A stretch of DNA of 64,000 nucleotides from PVC group bacterium (GCA_024231215.1 JAAEQR010000195.1:142755-206754); one strand, 5' to 3'; positions 10,865 to 21,460 are shown, numbered from the stretch's first letter. Notes: generated by a model from the letters alone, not told the origin. Translations and numbers: made by a program.

Positions 10865-12654
10865 TAATTACGTTTATTCAGGCCAGAATGTCTTCAACCC
10901 GTTTTCCGGGTAAAGTGCTTAAACATATACTGGGCAAACCAATCCTGCAATTACAGATTGAGAGAGCCCGGGCCTGTAAAACCGTAGACAAAGTAGTTGT
11001 GCTTACCAGTATTTCTGAAGATGACCGGCCGATTGTGGATATGTGTAAAAAGATTAATGTGGATTTTTTTTGCGGCAGTCTGGAAAATGTTTTGGATAGA
11101 TTTTATCAGGCGGCAGTAAAGTTTAAACCGGATCATATTATTCGCCTGACAGGAGATTGCCCTTTAATTGATGCCAAAGTTATTGATGATATGGTTAAGC
11201 TCTATTTAAAAGAAGAAGGAGATTATGGTACCAATTGTGTTCCCGTAACTTATCCGGATGGATTAGATGCGGAGATTCTTACATTTAAAGCACTTCAAGT
11301 CGCGCATACTGAGGCAGTGCTTCCGTCTCATCTGGAGCATTTAAGCCTCTTTTTTGAGGAACAGTCGGAGCGTTTTAAAATAGTGAATTTGGCAAATAAT
11401 ACTGATCTTTCTTCGCTGCGCTGGACAGTAGACGAATCAGAGGATTTCGAATTTGTAAAGGCAATATTTGAGGAACTCTATCCTAAAAAACCCTTATTTT
11501 GCATGCAGGATGTTCTGGACTTGCTCAAAAGAAGGCCTGAGCTGATTTTGCTTAATAATCGTTTTAACAGGAATGAGGGGCTGTTTAAATCAAAAGAACA
11601 AGATAATGTTTTTCTTGAAGGGAAAACTTCAACTAATATGTCTAATACTGTTTCGATTTTATTCAGAGTGGATGTGTATGAAAAATTGGGGTTGGGACAC
11701 TTGTCCCGGTGCAGGTCATTAATGGCGGCTTTTTTGCATTACTCCGAATGTCAATTTGCGGTATTAAGCAATAATGAAACAGTGGTTAGAGAGTTTATCC
11801 CAAATATTGCGTTTGATTTTTACCATAACCGTAATGAACTGAAAAATACTAATTTTGATATTCTAATAGTGGATGTGCCTGATATCGCGTCTGGAGAAGA
11901 TGAAGATTTCCGGGGAGTGGCAAAATTAGTTGTTTGTATCGAGGATGCAGGCCGGGGCTTAAGTTATCAGAATATTCTTATTCGTCCGAATCTGCTTAAT
12001 TTACCGATAAGTCCTAATCTGAAAATAGCAAAGAATAATTACTGGTCGGGACGGGATTATATAATTTTGCATAATGATTTTGCGAAACAGGTTGTTCGTA
12101 ACGATGTGCCTAAAGAAAAAGCCGAAGAGTTACTGCTCTGTTTCGGCGGTAGTGACCCTTGTGGATTGACTTTACGTGCAATACCGCTGTTTAAAGAGCT
12201 TGAAGGTAATATTAGTTTTCATGTAGTGATTGGTCCAGCATTTTCATGGAAGGATGAGGTTTCTTCTATAATCAATGATGATGCTCGTTTTCATTTAAGC
12301 ATTAACTGCCAGAATATGGCAGAACATTTTTCTAAAGCGGATATCGCTTTAATTAGCGGAGGCACAATGCTCTATGAGGCTTGTGCGATGGGAACACCTG
12401 CGTTAGTTTTTTCGCAAAACCAAGAGCAGGAGATTGAAGCCAAAATATGCCAGGCAGCAGGGGCGGTTGCGAGCCTTGGTGTAAGTAAGTCTGTTTCAGA
12501 TGATAAAATTTTTAGTGCGGTAAAGAAAATTATCAGGGATACCGATTTGCGGTTGAATATGGCAAAAGCAGGGCCTAAAATTGTATCCTCTGACGGAGCC
12601 GCGCACATTGTGTCTAGTTTACTTAAATATATCAAAAAAGAGAGCATAAAATGA
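10861..12654 (+). CDS. Fusion of SpsF-type cytidylyltransferase (PseF-like) and PseG-type UDP-sugar hydrolase
   Basis: N-term IQARMSSTRFPGKVL, RLTGDCP, RWTVD; C-term FRVD..LGLGHLSRC, FGGSD, SGGTMLYE. Confidence 0.88.
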   Translation: MIITFIQARMSSTRFPGKVLKHILGKPILQLQIERARACKTVDKVVVLTSISEDDRPIVDMCKKINVDFFCGSLENVLDRFYQAAVKFKPDHIIRLTGDCPLIDAKVIDDMVKLYLKEEGDYGTNCVPVTYPDGLDAEILTFKALQVAHTEAVLPSHLEHLSLFFEEQSERFKIVNLANNTDLSSLRWTVDESEDFEFVKAIFEELYPKKPLFCMQDVLDLLKRRPELILLNNRFNRNEGLFKSKEQDNVFLEGKTSTNMSNTVSILFRVDVYEKLGLGHLSRCRSLMAAFLHYSECQFAVLSNNETVVREFIPNIAFDFYHNRNELKNTNFDILIVDVPDIASGEDEDFRGVAKLVVCIEDAGRGLSYQNILIRPNLLNLPISPNLKIAKNNYWSGRDYIILHNDFAKQVVRNDVPKEKAEELLLCFGGSDPCGLTLRAIPLFKELEGNISFHVVIGPAFSWKDEVSSIINDDARFHLSINCQNMAEHFSKADIALISGGTMLYEACAMGTPALVFSQNQEQEIEAKICQAAGAVASLGVSKSVSDDKIFSAVKKIIRDTDLRLNMAKAGPKIVSSDGAAHIVSSLLKYIKKESIK

Positions 12655-13346
12655 TTGTCGTGATTATGCAACCGACATATCTGTCCTGGTCGGGTTATTT
12701 TGACATGATGGATAATGCTGATGTGTTTGTCCTCCTGGATACAGTGCAGTTTGAAAAACAGGCATGGCAGCAGCGTAATCGAATTAAAATCACAGAAGGT
12801 CAGTCTAAATGGCTAACTGTTCCGGTAGTGCAAAATCTGGGGCAGAAAATAAGCGATGTCCAAATCAAAAACTCAGAACCCTGGAGCAGGAAACACTGGG
12901 GAACAATAGAGCAATTTTATAAACAAACAGAGTATTGGAAAACATATAAAGAAGATTTGGCGCAGATATATTTAAAGGATTGGGATAAGCTTGCTGAGTT
13001 AAATATCGCTTTGATAAATTTCCTTAAAGAAAAATTTAATATTTCAACTAAGCTGCTCAGAGCATCGCAGCTACAGGTTTCAGGTGAAAAAGTCAGGTTA
13101 TTAGTAGACATTTGCCATGATTTAAAAGCAGATGTCTATATGTCAACACCGCGCGCTGCTGATTATCTAGAGCATAACAATATTTTTGCTGAAGAGGGGA
13201 TTGCTTTGAAGTACCATCAGTACGAACCTTCTATATATAGGCAGCTGCATGGAAAGTTTTTGCCCTATATGTCAGCACTTGATCTACTGTTAAATGAAGG
13301 GCCGAGAAGTCTTGAGATTATCCGCTCCGGGCGGATTAGAGGTTGA
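12651..13346 (+). CDS. WbqC-family protein
   Basis: MQPTYLSWSGYF, LDTVQFEK..WQQRNRI, WLTVPV, MSALDLLLNEGP. Confidence 0.9.
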   Translation: MIVVIMQPTYLSWSGYFDMMDNADVFVLLDTVQFEKQAWQQRNRIKITEGQSKWLTVPVVQNLGQKISDVQIKNSEPWSRKHWGTIEQFYKQTEYWKTYKEDLAQIYLKDWDKLAELNIALINFLKEKFNISTKLLRASQLQVSGEKVRLLVDICHDLKADVYMSTPRAADYLEHNNIFAEEGIALKYHQYEPSIYRQLHGKFLPYMSALDLLLNEGPRSLEIIRSGRIRG

Positions 13347-13374
13347 ACAGCCTGCAAATATTAAAAAGGAAAAA

Positions 13375-14076
13375 ATGAACAAAAGAACATACATTGTAGC
13401 GACTATAAGAGAATGGAATATTTCTGCTTTCAAAGATGTTATAAGTAAGTATCCAGGTACCTGGCATTTGATAACAGATAAAAAAGAATTAACAATTAAA
13501 AGAATAAAACAGATAAAACCGCGGTATATTTTCTTCCCTCATTGGAGTTTTAAGGTGCCGAATGTGATAACAGAGTTTAGCGAATGTGTTTGTTTCCATG
13601 AGACAGAGGTGCCTTTTGGACGCGGGGGCAGCCCCATACAAAATCTGATTATGCGGGGATATGAAAAGACAAAAATATCCGCTTTAAAAATGACAAAAAA
13701 ATTAGATGCAGGACCTGTGTATCTAAGAAGAGATTTAGGATTAGATGGACTGGCGGAAGAAATTTTCATAAGGTCTTCAAAAATAATAGCTGGAATGATA
13801 AAAGAGATAATTCATAAAGAACCGTTACCTAAGGCACAGAAAGGAGAAATCGTGGTGTTTAAAAGGCGTACCCCGGAACAAAGTGTTATGACTAAAAAGC
13901 TGAAGAGTTTAGATGAAGTGTTTGATTTTTTACGGATGCTAGATGTCGCGGAATATCCCCGGGCATTTTTTGAGCGTGATGGATTAAGGTATGAGTTTTC
14001 CAGGCCGGCGCTTAGAACAAGCGCTATTGAAGCCGATGTTCGCATTACAAAGTGTAAAAACAGGAGCAAGAAATGA
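13375..14076 (+). CDS. Short formyltransferase-like protein
   Basis: FFPHWS, FHETEVPFGRGGSPIQNLI, LDAGPVY, RMLD..YPRAF; AAGGA SD before 13375. Confidence 0.82.
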   Translation: MNKRTYIVATIREWNISAFKDVISKYPGTWHLITDKKELTIKRIKQIKPRYIFFPHWSFKVPNVITEFSECVCFHETEVPFGRGGSPIQNLIMRGYEKTKISALKMTKKLDAGPVYLRRDLGLDGLAEEIFIRSSKIIAGMIKEIIHKEPLPKAQKGEIVVFKRRTPEQSVMTKKLKSLDEVFDFLRMLDVAEYPRAFFERDGLRYEFSRPALRTSAIEADVRITKCKNRSKK

Positions 14077-14771
14077 TCTTAGAAAATTATAATAAAATAT
14101 TAACGTTTTTCGCTCATCCTGATGATGAGACCTTGGCCGCCGGAGCTACTATTTCCAGGCTTAGCAGTTTAGGCGCAAAGGTGCATATAGCTATTCCTGC
14201 AACAGGTATTCACGGGCGTCGAAATTCATCCTCAAGGCAGTCAAGAAATAATGAACTTGCTAAATTAAGAAAAGATTGTCAAAAAGCCTGTGCCGCGTTG
14301 GGTGTTGATAATAAGCATATTTATCTGGGAGAATTTGCCGATAATGAAATGGACAAGAGTTCGTTGCTTGAAGTTATTAACTGGTTTGAAGACATAATTG
14401 CTAAGGTTAAGCCGGATTTGATTCTTACTCATCATCGGTATTGCACGAACATAGATCATCAGTACTCTCATCAGGCCGCGATAGTTGCTTCAAGGCCGGC
14501 GGCAAACAGTCATATTCCGATATTATGCGGAGAGGTTCCCAGCAGCACAGGATATCTAAAGCCTGTTCAATGGGAGCCGAATTTATATGTTGAAGTAACC
14601 GAAAAGAATGTAGAAGCAAAAATCTGCGCGATGCAGTTATATGAAGGGGAGGCTCGTCCGGATCCTCATCCCCGGTCACCGGAGGTATTAAAGGCTTTGG
14701 CAAAAGTGCGCGGTTCTGAATCCGGATTTATGTTCGCGGAAGCATTTATGATCCAGCGCATATTTAGCTGA
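14073..14771 (+). CDS. PIG-L/LmbE-family deacetylase
   Basis: AHPDDE metal motif, THH...NIDH, HPRS, AEAF. Confidence 0.92.
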   Translation: MILENYNKILTFFAHPDDETLAAGATISRLSSLGAKVHIAIPATGIHGRRNSSSRQSRNNELAKLRKDCQKACAALGVDNKHIYLGEFADNEMDKSSLLEVINWFEDIIAKVKPDLILTHHRYCTNIDHQYSHQAAIVASRPAANSHIPILCGEVPSSTGYLKPVQWEPNLYVEVTEKNVEAKICAMQLYEGEARPDPHPRSPEVLKALAKVRGSESGFMFAEAFMIQRIFS

Positions 14772-14790
14772 GAGAAAGCACAAAAAATTC

Positions 14791-15864
14791 ATGTATATAA
14801 CTATAAACAATAGAAAGATTGGGAAAGGTAAGACTGTATATATTATTGCTGAGTTGTCGGCTAATCATAATCAAAGCATAGATAAAGCTATAAAGCTGAT
14901 CGAAGTAGCCAAGCAGGCAGGTGCTGATGCCGTAAAAATACAGACTTATACCGCTGATACCATGACCATTGATTCTGATAAAGAATGGTTTCAGATCAAA
15001 GGGACAATTTGGGAAGGGAATAATCTATATAAATTATATCAGGAGGCATTTACTCCTTGGGAATGGCAGTCACAGTTAAAACAAGTTAGCGAGAAGCTGG
15101 GGCTTGATTTCTTTTCTACCCCGTTTGATGTTACGGCAGTGGATTTTTTGCAGGGATTGAATGTCCCGGCATATAAGATTGCTTCATTTGAGCTTGTGGA
15201 TATCCCGCTGTTGAAAAAGATTGCGATTACTGGTAAGCCGGTGATTATGTCTACAGGAATGGCGACTCTAGAAGAAATAGACGAGGCAGTACAGACGCTT
15301 GTCTTAGCGGGTAATAAACAGCTGGTATTGCTCAAATGCACAAGCGCATATCCGGCAGCTGCCCAAGAGATGAACTTAAATGCCATTAGCTATATTTCAG
15401 AGAAATACAAAGTACCGGTTGGTCTTTCCGATCATACACTGGGCAGCGCTGTTGCTGTGGCTGCGGTTGCGTTAGGGGCATGTATTATTGAAAAACATCT
15501 CACCTTGACCCGCAAAGATCCGGGGCCTGATGCGACGTTTTCAATGGAACCCGCGGAATTTAAATCTATGGTTGATGATATAAGAATCGTAGAAAAGGCC
15601 TTGGGGAAAGTATCTTTTGAAGTGACGGAAAAGGAGAAAGAAAATCGTGTATTCCGCCGGTCATTGTTTGTAGTTAAAGATATTAAAAAAGGCGAGACTT
15701 TTTCTGCAAAAAATATACGTTCCATACGGCCGGGGCATGGATTGCACACAAGATATTTAGAGCAAATTTTAGACAAAAAAGCAGTCAAAGACATAGAAAA
15801 AGGGACGCCGCTGAACTGGAATTTAGTGGAAGGGTGTAATCGGGATGAGAAAGGCAGAGCATAA
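14791..15864 (+). CDS. pseI: Pseudaminic acid synthase (NeuB family)
   Basis: IIAELSANHN, KIQTYTADTMT, KIASFE, LLKCTSAYP, GLSDHT, IEKH, SAF domain. Confidence 0.95.
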   Translation: MYITINNRKIGKGKTVYIIAELSANHNQSIDKAIKLIEVAKQAGADAVKIQTYTADTMTIDSDKEWFQIKGTIWEGNNLYKLYQEAFTPWEWQSQLKQVSEKLGLDFFSTPFDVTAVDFLQGLNVPAYKIASFELVDIPLLKKIAITGKPVIMSTGMATLEEIDEAVQTLVLAGNKQLVLLKCTSAYPAAAQEMNLNAISYISEKYKVPVGLSDHTLGSAVAVAAVALGACIIEKHLTLTRKDPGPDATFSMEPAEFKSMVDDIRIVEKALGKVSFEVTEKEKENRVFRRSLFVVKDIKKGETFSAKNIRSIRPGHGLHTRYLEQILDKKAVKDIEKGTPLNWNLVEGCNRDEKGRA

Positions 15865-16869
15865 ATGATAAATGTTAATACACGAAACATCTCTCCGGAG
15901 GTTGCAGGTACGGATAAGCAACTGGGGCTGGTATTTAATGATAAAAAGTGGATTGAATACCGTAGAAAATGGGATGAAAACCCTAAACAGGGAATTGTGG
16001 AAAAGGTTCCATTGCAGATTGATCTATTTGCGGTTGATATATGCAATTTAAAATGCCCGATGTGTCCAAGGCAGGCATTTATCCCCGGAAAAGGATATAT
16101 GGATACAAAATCAATAAAGAGAATCCTGGATCAGGGGGCAGAGCATGGATTATGTGCCTTTAATTTTTCCGGATTGGGTGAGCCGACCTTACATCCTGAT
16201 GTGTTGGAAATTATCAGATATGCAAAGGAAAAAGGTGTTGTTGATGTGAATATGCATACAAATGGAACGCGTTTAGGCGCTGAATTCAATAAAAAGCTGC
16301 TTGAATCAGGGCTGGACAGGCTTATTGTTTCGCTTGATAGTGCGGATAAACAAAGATATGAGAGTATTCGTATAGGAGCAAGCTTTGAAAAGGTTTATGC
16401 CGGGGTTGAGGATTTGATTAAACAACGAAATGACCATAAGAGTGCAAGATTGCATATTAAAGCTAACTTTATAGAAATGGATGAAAAAGATGATACTGAA
16501 AAAAATAAGTTTATAACGTATTGGAAGGGCAAGGTCGATAGGATCGCAGTGTTGCGTTATCTTGATTGTAAGGATGTGGAGAGGCTTTTTTGGAAAGAAA
16601 ACTATGTTCAGGATAATGATTTTTGTTGTCCTGAACTATGGCGCAGATTGATAATCCTGAGTGATGGCACGGCAACTCTTTGCCCCAGAGATATGCAAAA
16701 GCATCATATAATCGGAAATGTCAACGACAAAACCATTTCAGAGATATGGACAGGGGAAAAGATTCAAAAGATTAGAGATATGCACCGGAAAGGTTGTTTT
16801 AAAGAGCTGGGTTTTTGTGCGGATTGTCCTGATTCTTATGATAAAAAGAAAGATGAGCAGAAAAAATGA
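15865..16869 (+). CDS. Radical SAM protein with SPASM/twitch domain
   Basis: CNLKCPMC, GEPTLH; C-terminal C..LW..LII.SDG...LC...IGN and CADC. Confidence 0.9.
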   Translation: MINVNTRNISPEVAGTDKQLGLVFNDKKWIEYRRKWDENPKQGIVEKVPLQIDLFAVDICNLKCPMCPRQAFIPGKGYMDTKSIKRILDQGAEHGLCAFNFSGLGEPTLHPDVLEIIRYAKEKGVVDVNMHTNGTRLGAEFNKKLLESGLDRLIVSLDSADKQRYESIRIGASFEKVYAGVEDLIKQRNDHKSARLHIKANFIEMDEKDDTEKNKFITYWKGKVDRIAVLRYLDCKDVERLFWKENYVQDNDFCCPELWRRLIILSDGTATLCPRDMQKHHIIGNVNDKTISEIWTGEKIQKIRDMHRKGCFKELGFCADCPDSYDKKKDEQKK

Positions 16870-17879
16870 AAAGGAATTGGAAAATAAAATCAGGGGTTTT
16901 AACAAAGATAAAAAATCTTTATAAAAAAGGTGGATTAAATCCCAGGTTTTATGCGTATCGCTATTGTTTCAATAGCTATCCTGATAATTTCAAGATCAGC
17001 AAATATCCATTTGATATAATTGCGGAGGCTTCTAATGTTTGCAACCTGAGATGCTCCATGTGCTTTCAGGTCGATGATGAACTTCCGGTTCGGACAACGA
17101 CAAAAGTTCCTTTCATGAAGATGAATTTGTTTAAAAAAATTACTGATGAATGTGCGAAATATAAGGTACCTGCTTTAAAATTAAGTTGGCGGGGTGAGCC
17201 AATGTTAAATGAAAACTTCACAGAAATGATCAGATATGCAAAATCCAAAGGGATCTTAGAGGTTACGTCTTTAACTAATGCGACATTAATGCATGAAAAT
17301 ATTTGCCGGGAAATTGTATCTGCAAAAATGGATCAGATTGTTATTTCCATAGATGGTTTTACAAAAGAGACATATGAAAAAATCAGGATTGGTGCTGATT
17401 ATGACGTTGTGTGTAATAATATAAAAAATTTACTTAAAATAAGAGGAAAGTCAAACAAGCCTTTTATTAGATTGCAATATACGGAATCTGATATAAATAA
17501 GCATGAAACAGAGAGATTTTATCATTATTGGAAAGATAAGGTCGATGAAATAACTGTGTCGTATTGTCAGGATTTTGGCTCTACTGAGAAGATTGATCCC
17601 GAGGATATTCCGGCACATAGCTTTGTTTGCAAACAGCCTTTTCAGCGCTTGGTTATTATGACTGACGGGACTGTTTGTGTTTGCGCTACAGATGTTATGG
17701 GTGAAATTTCAATAGGCAATATCCAGGACTCAAAGCTTATAGATTTATGGAATTGTTCTAAAATTAATGAGCTTCGCCAACAGCATAAGGCAGGGAAATA
17801 TCAGCATAATCCAATGTGTCGTATTTGCGTGCATAATGTATTCATGGCCAACAAAAATGCGGGTCTTTCTGTTAAATAA
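16866..17879 (+). CDS. Radical SAM protein with SPASM/twitch domain
   Basis: CNLRCSMC, GEPMLN; CKQPFQRLVIMTDGTVCVC...IGN and CRIC. Confidence 0.9.
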   Translation: MKRNWKIKSGVLTKIKNLYKKGGLNPRFYAYRYCFNSYPDNFKISKYPFDIIAEASNVCNLRCSMCFQVDDELPVRTTTKVPFMKMNLFKKITDECAKYKVPALKLSWRGEPMLNENFTEMIRYAKSKGILEVTSLTNATLMHENICREIVSAKMDQIVISIDGFTKETYEKIRIGADYDVVCNNIKNLLKIRGKSNKPFIRLQYTESDINKHETERFYHYWKDKVDEITVSYCQDFGSTEKIDPEDIPAHSFVCKQPFQRLVIMTDGTVCVCATDVMGEISIGNIQDSKLIDLWNCSKINELRQQHKAGKYQHNPMCRICVHNVFMANKNAGLSVK

Positions 17880-17917
17880 TCTTAATGTAAGAAATTAAAT
17901 CAGGCAATGACCAATAA

Positions 17918-19747
17918 ATGGATAATAGGCTTTATATTTTAGATAAGAAATATCGAAATGTATTTATAACTCAGAATCGGGATAGTTGGAATGTTTGTCC
18001 TTTTGAATTTGATAAAGATAAAGATTTGGTTCTTTCTTTCGACTTTGCAGTTGTTAATGAAGTCAGACAGACAGGGGGGCAGGCTTATTATATTGATCAT
18101 CTGGTAAATAGCCAATTGATGGAAGAATATAATCACAAAATGTATGAATTTTTTGCTAAATGGCATAAAAATTTATTAGGCAAGGATATTTTTAGCTATA
18201 AAGGTATGGATGTTGCGAGTGCCTTTAGGATCGAAATATGGAATGATCTTACTTTTTATATGCGGATATTAGTCAATCTACATGAATTGTTCAAAAAAAT
18301 CAAGCCTGAGAATGTGTATGTGGGAATAGAGAATCAAATAGTTAGGGAGGTTATTGGGGGGCTTAATATTAAGGTTGTTTTCTGGAATGCGCCAGAAAAC
18401 AAAAACAGTACTGAATATTATTTCCCGATTTTTAGATGGATGGATGAAGCTCTGCACCCTGCTGATTTTAAACACAAGGTTAGGTTGTTTGTTTTTAAGA
18501 TATTTGGATCAATATCAAGTTTTATTAAAAAAATCAAGTTTAATAAAAATAAAAAGCAGATATATGTTGAGTGGTATCATCCGACAAATGACATAATTAG
18601 AGAGTTGAAAAGGGAAAATAAGGTTGAAATAGTTCGCAGTGGGTTTAATTGTATCCAGGATATGTTTAACAGTGTGTATTTACCGGCAGCTAGTTTCTCG
18701 GGCAGCAGATGCTATAAGCTTGAGACAGAGAAAATGCTTAAAAATTTTGATAAGGAAAAATGCGCGACATTAAGTATTGATGACATTGATATGAGTAATG
18801 AGATTTATAAGTTGATCATTAAAAGAGTTTCACCTTTAATCCCTAGATCTTTACTGACTGTAGACATTATAATGAAGTTTTTTGCAAAAAAAAAGCTGAG
18901 TCTTATGATTACGGTTGCAAGTATTGGGCTTATAAATAGATTGATGATTAATTACTGCATCAAGGCAGATATACCTGTGTATATGATTATTAACGGCTGG
19001 CTGGGCAATTCTTTTCTTGATGAAGCTAAAGATGGTACATGGATAAATTCTTATAGTGAATCCGTTAAGAAAAATTATTTTAAGGGTATGAAAAATGTTA
19101 TTTGTTTAGGAGATCCTAGGATGGATAAATATGTTAATTGTCTTAAAAAAAAATATAGTGACTATGAAAATCCGACTATTGGTATCGGGGCAGCCGGATT
19201 TACTAATGTTGATTTGAATTGTTATGTAGCAATTGAATGGGAGTTTTTAAATGATATAATGCAGGTTTGTAAAAAAATAATAACCTCTGGCAAAAAGATG
19301 AGTATTATAATAAAAGTTCGTCAAAACGGTTATATACAGCAATATCGGAATTTTCTGGACGAGTATTATTCTGATGTACCAGTCGTTCTTGAGGATTCGG
19401 TCTCGATAGAAGAAGTATATAAAAAAGCTGATTTTTTTATATCCATTTATTCTCAAAGCTTATTCGAGGCATCCTGTTATGGATTGCCGGTTTTGTATTA
19501 TAAAAATGATACTCAGTATTTTGACCCTCCCTTTGACGGTAATTCTGAGCTTATTACGGCGATGACTCCGGATGATCTCAGGCAAAAGATCGAGGCTTTT
19601 TACAATAAAGATGCAATGTATGATAAATTTAAAGAAAAGAAAGTAATGGAAAAGTATATAGGATTGTTAGATGGACAAAATCTAAAGCGAAATATGGATT
19701 TTATATATTCTTTTATAGAAGATAAAAAACAGGCTCAGGCAAATTGA
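17918..19747 (+). CDS. Hypothetical protein with C-terminal GT-B-like domain (candidate nonulosonate transferase)
   Basis: 609-aa ORF; LGDPRMD and ADFFISIYSQSLFEASCYGLPV resemble GT-B nucleotide-binding segments; lies between pseI/radical SAM genes and the flippase. Confidence 0.55.
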   Translation: MDNRLYILDKKYRNVFITQNRDSWNVCPFEFDKDKDLVLSFDFAVVNEVRQTGGQAYYIDHLVNSQLMEEYNHKMYEFFAKWHKNLLGKDIFSYKGMDVASAFRIEIWNDLTFYMRILVNLHELFKKIKPENVYVGIENQIVREVIGGLNIKVVFWNAPENKNSTEYYFPIFRWMDEALHPADFKHKVRLFVFKIFGSISSFIKKIKFNKNKKQIYVEWYHPTNDIIRELKRENKVEIVRSGFNCIQDMFNSVYLPAASFSGSRCYKLETEKMLKNFDKEKCATLSIDDIDMSNEIYKLIIKRVSPLIPRSLLTVDIIMKFFAKKKLSLMITVASIGLINRLMINYCIKADIPVYMIINGWLGNSFLDEAKDGTWINSYSESVKKNYFKGMKNVICLGDPRMDKYVNCLKKKYSDYENPTIGIGAAGFTNVDLNCYVAIEWEFLNDIMQVCKKIITSGKKMSIIIKVRQNGYIQQYRNFLDEYYSDVPVVLEDSVSIEEVYKKADFFISIYSQSLFEASCYGLPVLYYKNDTQYFDPPFDGNSELITAMTPDDLRQKIEAFYNKDAMYDKFKEKKVMEKYIGLLDGQNLKRNMDFIYSFIEDKKQAQAN

Positions 19748-19786
19748 ACGCTTTGAGTCGAAAACTACAATGTAAAGTGTTGATTT

Positions 19787-21307
19787 ATGTCAATTAAAAA
19801 AAAATCAGTTTTTAAAATTCTTACAAATATTGTGACTTTGCTTGTCGGGTTAGTGACTCAAGGCATTATACCGCGTACTTTAGGGCCGGCAGCATATGGT
19901 AATTTTTCTTTTCTCACTAATTTTTTCTTTTCTATATGCGGTTTTCTGAATTTAAATTCATCAACTGTTTTTTTTACTAAATTATCACAGAGACCTAAAG
20001 CAAAAGGACTGATTCGTTTTTATATGCATTTTCTGGCTTTCATTGCGCTTATAATTGCCATTTTTTTGTCCGGAAGCATTGTCTTTGGTCTAAAATCTGT
20101 TTTTTGGCCAGGGCAGCGTACTGTATTTATAATTTTAGCTGCGATTTTGGGTGTTTTCACATTTTATGATATGGTTTTTAAAGATATGTGTGATGCATAT
20201 GGGATTACTATAAAGGCTGAGCTTATTAAAATAGCTCTTAAGGTTATTGGATTGGGTCTAATCTTATTTTTGTTTTGGAAAAAGAGTCTTAATTTAGGAA
20301 CTTATTTTTCTTATCACATATTTATTCTTTTGTCAACGATAGGTTTTCTTATTTTCCTTATACATAAAAGCGGCCACTCATTGTTCAGCGGATTTATCGC
20401 TAAAAAAGATGAGTTTGAACCTTATTATAAAGAGTTTTCTAAAGTATGCTTTCCTTTATTCTTTTTTTTGTCTCTAGCTCTAATTGGACAGATATTTGAC
20501 CGCTGGTTTTTGCAGAAGTTTTCCGGAAGTGTTGATCAAGGGTATTATTCTTTTGCTTTTCAGGTAGGCAATCTTTGCATGCTTTTCACCAGTGCTATTA
20601 TGCCTCTTGTTTTACGGGAACAGTCGATACATTTCGGAAATATGGATTTTGAAAAATTAAGAAATGTTTTCTCACGTTCTATAAGCATTTTGGTAGCTTT
20701 AACTGCTTTTATATGTTGTTTTCTCGCTGTGGAATCTCAGACAGTTATTAATATCTTTGCTGGAAAGGCTTATTCTGCTGCTTTTGTACCCATGGTATTA
20801 ATGTGTTTGTTCCCAATTCATCGTACATACGGACAGTTGAATGGGAATTTCTTTTTTGCATCAGATAGAGTTCATATCTATCGAAATATAGGTATCGTAT
20901 TCACGCTTTTGGGAGTTGTTTTTACTTTTTTCTTACTGGGACCTCAAAAATATGGAGGGTTTAATCTGGGAGCAAATGGACTTTCTTTTAAAATGATGGG
21001 ATTGCAGGTGATCAGCGTTAATGTGCAGCTTTGGTTTAATGCAAAATACTTAAAATATTCTTTTAAAACACTTTTTTTGAATCAGATCGGGACGATAATT
21101 GTTTTTCTGGGCTTGTCGGGAATATCATCTGGCTTTGCAAGAGCGATATTCCCAAATTTAGCTCCAGTCATCCATTTTTGTTTAAGCGGGACAGTATACG
21201 TTATAATATGTTTTGTGGTTTTTAACTGTTGGCCGGAAACTATGGCTTTAAAGAAAACTGATGTTAATCAGTTAAATATATTTATCAAAGAGAAACTTGG
21301 CAAGTAA
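19787..21307 (+). CDS. wzx: Polysaccharide repeat-unit flippase
   Basis: Many hydrophobic segments; PRTLGPAAYG and QGYYSFA motifs typical of MATE-like Wzx. Confidence 0.85.
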   Translation: MSIKKKSVFKILTNIVTLLVGLVTQGIIPRTLGPAAYGNFSFLTNFFFSICGFLNLNSSTVFFTKLSQRPKAKGLIRFYMHFLAFIALIIAIFLSGSIVFGLKSVFWPGQRTVFIILAAILGVFTFYDMVFKDMCDAYGITIKAELIKIALKVIGLGLILFLFWKKSLNLGTYFSYHIFILLSTIGFLIFLIHKSGHSLFSGFIAKKDEFEPYYKEFSKVCFPLFFFLSLALIGQIFDRWFLQKFSGSVDQGYYSFAFQVGNLCMLFTSAIMPLVLREQSIHFGNMDFEKLRNVFSRSISILVALTAFICCFLAVESQTVINIFAGKAYSAAFVPMVLMCLFPIHRTYGQLNGNFFFASDRVHIYRNIGIVFTLLGVVFTFFLLGPQKYGGFNLGANGLSFKMMGLQVISVNVQLWFNAKYLKYSFKTLFLNQIGTIIVFLGLSGISSGFARAIFPNLAPVIHFCLSGTVYVIICFVVFNCWPETMALKKTDVNQLNIFIKEKLGK

Positions 21308-21460
21308 ATTTATTGAGATTAATTTTTCTAGTGTTGGGTGCCGTAAGCATGAAATTACTGTTTAATTAAATTCAGTGGTAAGTTGATGAATACTTGTTTT
21401 TAGATGAAATATTAGTTGCGGGGATAAATATGAGAATTATCTGCAAGCTTTTTTAGGACC

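Noticed and set aside
21325-21350. JUMPStart/ops element
   Set aside because: AGTGTTGGGTGCCGTAAGC is only vaguely similar and lacks the GGCGGTAG core
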